A stretch of 63,680 bases of DNA, taken from a virus (lineage: Duplodnaviria > Caudoviricetes). Under the pieces are notes generated by a model. The model saw nothing but the letters and a program-made list of their open reading frames with translations, had not been told where the DNA came from and did no database searches. Location: positions 1-63,680 of IMG/VR virus record IMGVR_UViG_3300020045_004605; one strand, 5' to 3'. Both the position numbers and the translations under genes were made by a program. This document shows positions 56,813 to 63,680 of this stretch, in pieces (position 1 is the first letter of the stretch; the number at the start of each line of letters is the position of its first letter).

Positions 56813-58345
56813 TTATGAAACGGGATATTCGATTGTCATTCTAAAAACTCTCCAATTTGCAGAACCCATACTAAACACAAATTCAAAATCTGTGTCTGCT
56901 GAATTTCTACGGATAAAGAATGGCATATCGGAAGCATTAGCCGCATTAGCCGTTAAGTTTATCCCCGCAAAACCCGAACCGCTATATAATACAACACTTG
57001 CACCTGTAAATCCAGTAGGTACTTTTGGGTCAGGTAAATCACTTGGCATAGGAAAAACCATTTGAGTTACAGCAGTCCCTGTATTTGCATAAGCAAAATT
57101 AAATGAAACGTTACACCAATTGTCTAAATGTCTAAAATTATAGCTTTTATCTTCTGTACCGCTAGGGTCTGTTGTTGATGTAAACGTAGGCGTTCCTGTA
57201 TATGCTTGCTCTCCTATTGACTTATATGTTTTTTCAAGTTCATCTGCCGTTGCGTTTGTATTGTTTACTTTAATTGAATGTGCGCTTGTTGACTTAATAG
57301 CCTTTGCGTCTAACTGCGTTTGTATAGCACTTGTAACCCCGTCTAAATAATCAAATTCGGTATTGCTTACGTTTCCGCTTGAAATCTTAACCGCATCAAT
57401 CCCACTCGCTACTTTTGCGTTGTTTACTACACCGTTATCGATAGTCCAAACAGTACCCGAACCACTTACGGTAATATCGCCTTTGTCCCCGTCTGAAACG
57501 CCACCGCTTGAAACCTCAGACGGTATTAATTGAATTAACCAAAGTTCGTTTGTGCTAATTGTTTGTAATGTTAAAATCGCTAAATAACCATCAGGTATAG
57601 TTTTATTACCCGTAACAGTGTCTTGTATTAAAACATCGGTTCCTTGCACAATAGTAAAACTTCCTGAGCCACTTACATTTCTTACCTTTAAAACGCTACC
57701 TAAAGGAAATACACCAGCGTTTAAAGTCATATTTATACTATCAGCTACTTGTGTAATAAATTTGTATCTATCCTCAGCTATAAAATCATAATCTGAAAAG
57801 TCGTTTAAATCTTTTACACCTCTATCACCCTCAGTCAATACGCTTTCTAAGTCTACTACTACTGCGCCCGTATCTCCGTTTACAGAGGTTACTGCACCGC
57901 CCCCCGTACTATTAATTACAGGGTTTAAAGGGTCTGTATTATCTACCGCAGAACCCGTTACGGTTTGAACGCCTACAGGTGCGGTAATTGGAATCTCAAC
58001 AGCGATTTCCCAATGGTCTGTTAAACTCATTATAGCGTTTAACTCTTCAGTACAAACGATGTCAGGGTAACCGTTTAAATTTCCAAAAGTACCAACGCCA
58101 ACTAATATAAAACTCGGGTTGTCAGGTATTGCAGGGAGTGTTTGACCGTCTGTTACAGAAACAGGTAAATAACCTACTCCGATACCGCCCTCAATAGCCG
58201 AAGCCACTAAAGTAACAAAATCAGTAACAGGCGACGAGTTTAGTTCCGTTCCGTTTGTGTGCGGGATTAAACTGTCTAAAGTTATACCTAAGTCAGGTAA
58301 TTGGTCGACTCTAATTGTCGTAATATTATCGGGATTTATAGCCAT
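56813..58345 (-). CDS. Tail fibre protein
   Basis: GAVTSVNGDTG, DGDKGDITVSGSG, EFDYLDGVTSAIQTQLD fibre motifs. Confidence 0.85.
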   Translation of the reverse strand: MAINPDNITTIRVDQLPDLGITLDSLIPHTNGTELNSSPVTDFVTLVASAIEGGIGVGYLPVSVTDGQTLPAIPDNPSFILVGVGTFGNLNGYPDIVCTEELNAIMSLTDHWEIAVEIPITAPVGVQTVTGSAVDNTDPLNPVINSTGGGAVTSVNGDTGAVVVDLESVLTEGDRGVKDLNDFSDYDFIAEDRYKFITQVADSINMTLNAGVFPLGSVLKVRNVSGSGSFTIVQGTDVLIQDTVTGNKTIPDGYLAILTLQTISTNELWLIQLIPSEVSSGGVSDGDKGDITVSGSGTVWTIDNGVVNNAKVASGIDAVKISSGNVSNTEFDYLDGVTSAIQTQLDAKAIKSTSAHSIKVNNTNATADELEKTYKSIGEQAYTGTPTFTSTTDPSGTEDKSYNFRHLDNWCNVSFNFAYANTGTAVTQMVFPMPSDLPDPKVPTGFTGASVVLYSGSGFAGINLTANAANASDMPFFIRRNSADTDFEFVFSMGSANWRVFRMTIEYPVS

Positions 58346-58352
58346 AATTTAT

Positions 58353-58901
58353 TTATAATTTCATTATTTTTAAAAGGACAATATAAGGCTGTAAGTTCTT
58401 ACCAATACCGCTTACGCCTGTTGTGCTTAAAGATGTTTGTACACCCGTCGAACCATCGTCATTTGTACAAATGTAACTACCAGGTTCGGGTGTATTATCT
58501 TCTGAGCCTATAAACGTGTGAGTATGTTCTACCACAACCGCATCCTTAGACCCACCAAAAGCACCGATAACACCGTAGTTAGTACCGTACCCAATACTTA
58601 CCAATCCATCCATAGGTGGCGTACCGTTTTGTCCGTTACATATTGCCCAACCGTCCATTAATAAGATACCTAAACCCGTGCCGTCGAAATTAGTATCGAT
58701 ATATGCTTGGTTAACCCATAAATCCCTAACTTCAAATTGAAAGGCATTAGAATTAACGTTTATAAAATCTACTACGTCTTGACCTGTTACTTGTTCTAAA
58801 TCAGTACCGTTTTCGACTGCTAATTTAGAAGTTAAAGTAATCGAGCCTACAGGTAATTCACCTACTCGTATGGTCGTTATTTCTGCTGGATTTATTGCCA
58901 T
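58353..58901 (-). CDS. Tail collar/short fibre-like protein
   Basis: GWAICNGQNGTP, HTH, NLQPYIVL. Confidence 0.8.
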   Translation of the reverse strand: MAINPAEITTIRVGELPVGSITLTSKLAVENGTDLEQVTGQDVVDFINVNSNAFQFEVRDLWVNQAYIDTNFDGTGLGILLMDGWAICNGQNGTPPMDGLVSIGYGTNYGVIGAFGGSKDAVVVEHTHTFIGSEDNTPEPGSYICTNDDGSTGVQTSLSTTGVSGIGKNLQPYIVLLKIMKL

Positions 58902-59434
58902 TAGTCTTTTGTCTTAATTATAAAGTTTGCATCTTCTGTAGTTACTAAAATCACTTCAGGGTCACCATCATTCAATACAAATTCACCTAAAGTTCGTGTT
59001 AAAGGAATACCGTAACCAACCATAGAACCCGAAAAGGTTAAATATTCGCCTACGTTTGAAGCCTCTGACAAATCGTTAATATACGCTTTGCCATAATCAA
59101 CTACAGGAAATATAGACCCCTGTATTTTCCAATCCAATAGTATTTTATCTCGTTTTAATTGCTTTAACTTATCGTAACTAACAACAGTAAATGTACCACC
59201 GTTAACACTTGAATTTACTTGCAAGCCACTAAATGAAATATTATAACTTTGCATCATAGGTCGCGATGTTGTCCAACCTTGATTATCACGTGTCGTTGTA
59301 TCGATAAATTCGCTTGTTTCGCTAAATGGATTGTCAGTAAGGCAAGCAATCGGTAAGTAACTGCCTAGTACTTTTATGTATAAAATTCTACTTTCTCCTT
59401 TGTAAAAATCCATATTATGATAATATTTATTCAA
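58901..59434 (-). CDS. Tail tube-like protein (TP901-1 MTP-like)
   Basis: IDTTTRDNQGW, YNISFSGL, TFSGSMVGYG. Confidence 0.65.
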   Translation of the reverse strand: MNKYYHNMDFYKGESRILYIKVLGSYLPIACLTDNPFSETSEFIDTTTRDNQGWTTSRPMMQSYNISFSGLQVNSSVNGGTFTVVSYDKLKQLKRDKILLDWKIQGSIFPVVDYGKAYINDLSEASNVGEYLTFSGSMVGYGIPLTRTLGEFVLNDGDPEVILVTTEDANFIIKTKD

Positions 59435-59541
59435 AGATAATAAAAAATTTGTATATTTGTAATTCTAATTGCAGTTAGATTTTAAAAAATTAATTTAAAG
59501 AATCCCGATATGCTGCAACATTGACGGATTCTTTTTATATT

Positions 59542-60072
59542 ATGGAAGTTTGGAAAAATATTGAAGGATTTGAAAACTATCAAGTTAGCGATTTAGGAAG
59601 CGTTAGAAATGTTAGAAAAAACAAATTGCTAAAAGGATGTAAGGATAAAGATGGTTATTTAATTTCTACTTTTAGAAATAATAATGTAAAAAAAGTATTA
59701 AAATTTCATAGATTAGTTGCATTACATTTTATTCCAAATCCTGAAAATAAACCGCAAGTAAATCATAAAAAAGGAATAAAAATAGATAATAGAGCAACTG
59801 AACTAGAATGGTGTACTAATTCAGAAAATCAAATACATGCATATGTAATTGGTTTAAAAACAGGTAGAAAAGGCGAAAAATGTAATTTTTATAATTTAAA
59901 AGGTAAATTAAATTTTAATACAAAAAAAGTCGTAAACATTAAAACTAATCAAGTTTACGACTGTGCAAAAGATGTTTCTGATTTTTTAGAGTACTCTCAC
60001 GTTTCTTTTATAAAACAACTAAATGGAAACAATATAAATAAGACAGATTTTAGATATTTACCCTCTGATTGA
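59542..60072 (+). CDS. NUMOD4-HNH homing endonuclease
   Basis: EVWKNIEGFENYQVSDLG, HRLVA, VNHKKG..DNR...LEWCT..EN. Confidence 0.9.
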   Translation: MEVWKNIEGFENYQVSDLGSVRNVRKNKLLKGCKDKDGYLISTFRNNNVKKVLKFHRLVALHFIPNPENKPQVNHKKGIKIDNRATELEWCTNSENQIHAYVIGLKTGRKGEKCNFYNLKGKLNFNTKKVVNIKTNQVYDCAKDVSDFLEYSHVSFIKQLNGNNINKTDFRYLPSD

Positions 60073-61848
60073 TGGCTTAACAACTGATCCGTAGTCGAAC
60101 GTCAAACTATAATTTAAGTCAGCAACTTCGCTTGTAAAAAATTGCTGTAATTTGCCGCGCGTAATGTTAGAATCAGTATCATAACTATATTCAATAAACA
60201 TAAATAGTCCTGATATGTTATTTATTTCGATTATAGATAAGTATGGAACGTATCCATAAATATCGCCTGTAAATGTTTTAATTGGCTTTTGTTGGATGCG
60301 CATATCGTCCTCTGCGCTTATTTGTAAAATGCTTTTTTCTTCTAGTTTATTTTTACGTGTCCAAATCGTTGTAAGTGTTGTTTTATCACTTTTATAAATC
60401 GCACCTATAAATATATCGTCAATACTGTCTCCATTATAAACTTCTTGGTTTTCTTTAATTAATGAACTAGGTGCGTTATCCCTTTGTACTGTATAAAAAC
60501 CGCCTATTTTACCATCATAATTATAATTATTTATAAGTTCGCATTTCTGAACTTCAACAACTCCTAACGATGGATTTAATGCCCCCCATATTGTTACTGA
60601 TATGCCGCAATTACTCGGAACTGGCGCGCATTTCAAAGTCCATTGAGATGTTGAAAATGCAGCCGTTGAAGTACTCGCAACTGTTAATGAATTTATCCAG
60701 TCACCATTATTATTAGCCCAATAACCATCGGATCGTTTAACTTCAAAACCAAAAAAAGTATTTCCACTTGTTTCTGAACTTAATTCTACCCTTAAATCGA
60801 TTTGACTGCCTGCCAATACTGGCGATACTTGTGAATGTAAAATAGGATAATCGGGTGTTAATGGATGTATCGCCATCATTTTTAACCCCATTGTATCATC
60901 TAAATCATTAACTAAAACTATCCCGTGTAAATCAGCTTCTTTAGTCCAGTCGTAAAATATTAATGCGCTATCATGATGTAATGTGGTATTTGCGTTCATC
61001 GCAGTCTTAAATCCATATTTATAATTCAATCTATACGCACTAATTGCGCCTTTTGTTTGTATTTGTTGATTTCCTCCACAATGGTGAGGGTAAAAATTAT
61101 CAATTTGAGAGCCTATTTTTTTGTACAGGCTTTTTGTAAAGGCTATATTTAATGTGTTGTCTATAAACGAAACGTTATTTATAAATTCATTTGGCCTATA
61201 CACCCACCATTGGCCGTCTTGCTGTGTAATGCAAGCAGAAAATATATTAAGTACTGAATTTAAAACTTCTTCGCACGTCATAATTGTGTCAGAATCTACT
61301 TTGACAAAACGTTCAGAATTAATATAAGTGTCTTTTAAAATATTAGTTCCAGCATATCCAATATAGTAGACATCAACAAAGCTATTAATTGTCATTACTA
61401 AGCCAGTTCTGGACAAACATGCTTCGATAACTTCAAACATCGATAATTTACCCGTAAATGTAAATCCATTACTTTTTACAAATGATAAATCCTTTAAAGA
61501 CCCCAAACCGTCTATAAAATCTAAATCAACTACCCATAAGTCACGCACAAAAGATTGAGTTACACCATCTGGCTTAAGAAATCCATTAAATACAGTTCCG
61601 GTGCTATTTGTTACTTTTACCGTATAAGTTTTCTCGTCCGCTTCTGAAAATTCGTCAAAAGTTAATAACGGATTTGCTTCTAATCTTAAATTTATTCCGG
61701 TTCCTCGAATGGTATCTAAAATATTATTTACACTTCCTTTGTCAAATGATAATTTGCCAAATATTTCAGTTGAAACACCGCTAAAATTAGCGTCAAATAT
61801 TTGAACTAAATAACCTGTTGTGTCGTTTTGTATAAAATATTTTTCCAT
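60058..61848 (-). CDS. Tail tip/hub protein
   Basis: 596 aa after tape measure; DGLGSLKD motif. Confidence 0.7.
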   Translation of the reverse strand: MEKYFIQNDTTGYLVQIFDANFSGVSTEIFGKLSFDKGSVNNILDTIRGTGINLRLEANPLLTFDEFSEADEKTYTVKVTNSTGTVFNGFLKPDGVTQSFVRDLWVVDLDFIDGLGSLKDLSFVKSNGFTFTGKLSMFEVIEACLSRTGLVMTINSFVDVYYIGYAGTNILKDTYINSERFVKVDSDTIMTCEEVLNSVLNIFSACITQQDGQWWVYRPNEFINNVSFIDNTLNIAFTKSLYKKIGSQIDNFYPHHCGGNQQIQTKGAISAYRLNYKYGFKTAMNANTTLHHDSALIFYDWTKEADLHGIVLVNDLDDTMGLKMMAIHPLTPDYPILHSQVSPVLAGSQIDLRVELSSETSGNTFFGFEVKRSDGYWANNNGDWINSLTVASTSTAAFSTSQWTLKCAPVPSNCGISVTIWGALNPSLGVVEVQKCELINNYNYDGKIGGFYTVQRDNAPSSLIKENQEVYNGDSIDDIFIGAIYKSDKTTLTTIWTRKNKLEEKSILQISAEDDMRIQQKPIKTFTGDIYGYVPYLSIIEINNISGLFMFIEYSYDTDSNITRGKLQQFFTSEVADLNYSLTFDYGSVVKPSIRG

Positions 61849-63630
61849 TTATCTTCCTCCAATTCTTAAGTTACGTTCAGTCGTATTGTTTAAAACACCA
61901 ATTAAAGAAGTTCCAGCTATTTCGAATACTACCGTTCCATTTGTCCCACCGCTCCAACCTGTGCCGCCTGATGTAGTTGATGTATTGTTTGCGGTTGAAC
62001 CTGTTGACATCGATGTAGAACCTCCGCCTCCACCACTATCTCCTAATCCTTTTACGCTAGAAGACACGGCCGAACCCAAAGCAACCAAAGCTACACCTGC
62101 TGCAATTGCTACGTATGGATTTAGCGATTTTAAAGCTATTTTAATCGCTAAAATACCGACCCCTGTTTTTATTGCCATTTTACCTAATTCAACTAAAACA
62201 CTGCCTAAACTGCTTAATAAACTTTTGCCAGCCGCTTCTAAAATATTACCCCCACTTGCCATTGTATTTCCAATAATCGCACCTAAATTTTCAAATGTAG
62301 ATGCTATACTGTCATTTATAATATTGCTTGCATTTTCATTAAACGACAACAATGCTTCTTGCGCCCTTACTGATTCTTCTGAAATAATACCAGAAATCAA
62401 CTTCATTGAAGTTCTAACTTTTGAAACATCAATAACTGGGGTTAATTCTAATGGTGTTATGAAACTTTGTAACGCGTCTACTTGTGGAGTTTCAAAAACT
62501 TTGGGTGCCGCTTTGGCTTTGCCGCCTGTTGACTGACTTAATTTTATACTTGAAGCCGTTAACGTATTTATTACATTTTGCCGTCTTTCAAGTGCTTTTG
62601 TTCCTGATAAAATTTCTTGCCTATATTCATTTTCAGCATCTTTTGAATTTCTAATTAATCCATTTAAGTTTGTTACATTTATAAATTTTTGATTATCAGC
62701 ATATAACTCGTCATTTGTTGCGCCAGCTCTTAATGCTATTAATTGCTGTTCAAGTTTTAATGTTTCATTTTTTTGTTTAACTAATTTTGCATTTGCGGCA
62801 AAAACTTTTAATTGAATATCCGCACTTGCACTAGCTAATTTTTCAGCAATAGCGCGATTTAATAAAGCTGCTGTAAGTTCGTTTACGACTCCAGTTAAAT
62901 TAGAAGTCATTATTTGTTCTTTGGACAAATTGCCAAAATATCCGGGGTATTGTTTCTGTAAATCCTCAACGGCCAATAATCTTTCTTTATCGGATAACGC
63001 TTTATTTTGTGACGCGCTAACTAAGGCTTTTAAACCAAATATTTCCCCCGCTGTTGATTTAACCGCCTCTTCACTTGCTTTTTTTATCGCGCCTCCAAAC
63101 TCATCAAATTTGCCAGTAACTTTATCGATAATATCCCCAACACTTAACCCTGATTGTGATAACAAAGTAAGTCCAGTAGTCAATAAGGATATTCCCAACA
63201 AAATACCACCTGTACCCATTAAAGAACTCGCTAAAGCTTTTAATGCGCCACCCGTTGACCCTGTTTGTTGTTTTAAATATGAAAAGCTTTCGGCTGTTGC
63301 AGTGATATTATTCCCAATACCTATAATACCATATGGAGCATCTTGTGCAATACGGGAAAATTGCATTAATGCATTAGAACCGTTTGCGGTACTTTTAGTA
63401 AATCCTCCCATCGATGTAGAAGTAGACGAAACCTGTTTTTGCAATCCTGCTAAATTAGTTTTTGCAGTTGCGATTTGAGTATTTAAAGTAGAAACATCTA
63501 AGCCAACTTTTAAGTTAGCTGATTTTTGTTGTCGTAATTTTTCTAAAGCAATAACGGCCTCGGTAATTCCTTTCTTTAAATCGGATGTATCTGCACCGAT
63601 TTGAACCTCTAGTTTGTTTCCTGTTGCCAT
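61849..63630 (-). CDS. Tail tape measure protein
   Basis: LEVQIGADT start; RIAQDAPYG; Ala/Gly-rich helices. Confidence 0.85.
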   Translation of the reverse strand: MATGNKLEVQIGADTSDLKKGITEAVIALEKLRQQKSANLKVGLDVSTLNTQIATAKTNLAGLQKQVSSTSTSMGGFTKSTANGSNALMQFSRIAQDAPYGIIGIGNNITATAESFSYLKQQTGSTGGALKALASSLMGTGGILLGISLLTTGLTLLSQSGLSVGDIIDKVTGKFDEFGGAIKKASEEAVKSTAGEIFGLKALVSASQNKALSDKERLLAVEDLQKQYPGYFGNLSKEQIMTSNLTGVVNELTAALLNRAIAEKLASASADIQLKVFAANAKLVKQKNETLKLEQQLIALRAGATNDELYADNQKFINVTNLNGLIRNSKDAENEYRQEILSGTKALERRQNVINTLTASSIKLSQSTGGKAKAAPKVFETPQVDALQSFITPLELTPVIDVSKVRTSMKLISGIISEESVRAQEALLSFNENASNIINDSIASTFENLGAIIGNTMASGGNILEAAGKSLLSSLGSVLVELGKMAIKTGVGILAIKIALKSLNPYVAIAAGVALVALGSAVSSSVKGLGDSGGGGGSTSMSTGSTANNTSTTSGGTGWSGGTNGTVVFEIAGTSLIGVLNNTTERNLRIGGR

Positions 63631-63680
63631 TTTTGGAATGCTTTTATAAAATTATCTTTATGCTCCTGCGTAACACCTGC

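Larger units (their letters stand above)
37548..63680. mobile_element. Phage B: partial genome, opposite orientation to phage A
   Basis: Recombination/replication/early genes on +, lysis and tail genes on -; many orthologues of A genes. Confidence 0.85.

Noticed and set aside
56523-63478. Plus-strand ORFs 56523, 58301, 61121, 61820, 62921
   Set aside because: Antisense to tail genes with no independent support.
2524-63680. Single genome with a large inverted duplication
   Set aside because: Shared genes are diverged at synonymous sites and the replication and tail modules are unrelated, so these are two different phages.

Overview
AT-rich DNA of tailed (siphovirus-like) phages of Bacteroidota, most likely Flavobacteriaceae hosts, judged from TAnnTTTG -7 promoter boxes, DUF3127/BT4734-like proteins and gene order. 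The window is a mosaic of three pieces. (i) 1-~2530: rearranged fragments of a head/tail region. (ii) ~2530-37555: a nearly complete ~35 kb genome ('phage A') that starts and ends inside its small terminase gene. (iii) ~37548-63680: a related phage ('phage B') in the opposite orientation, sharing lysis and early genes with A but with different replication and tail modules. The joins sit at short microhomologies and may be amplification or assembly chimeras. Main discovery: four integron-like gene-cassette arrays (14 attC-like hairpins TAAC...GTTA, 48-131 bp). Each cassette has mutually complementary ends and each array ends in a conserved attI-like site. ORFs are inverted relative to classical integron cassettes, no integrase is visible, and the orthologous locus in A and B holds completely different cassettes. 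Also found: ten Fur-box-like palindromes at promoters, a cassette-borne thymidylate synthase homologue with Asp at the dUMP-specificity position, tRNA-Thr(UGU), candidate structured RNAs and attenuator leaders, and putative origins. All protein calls come from motif recognition and synteny; no database searches were run.
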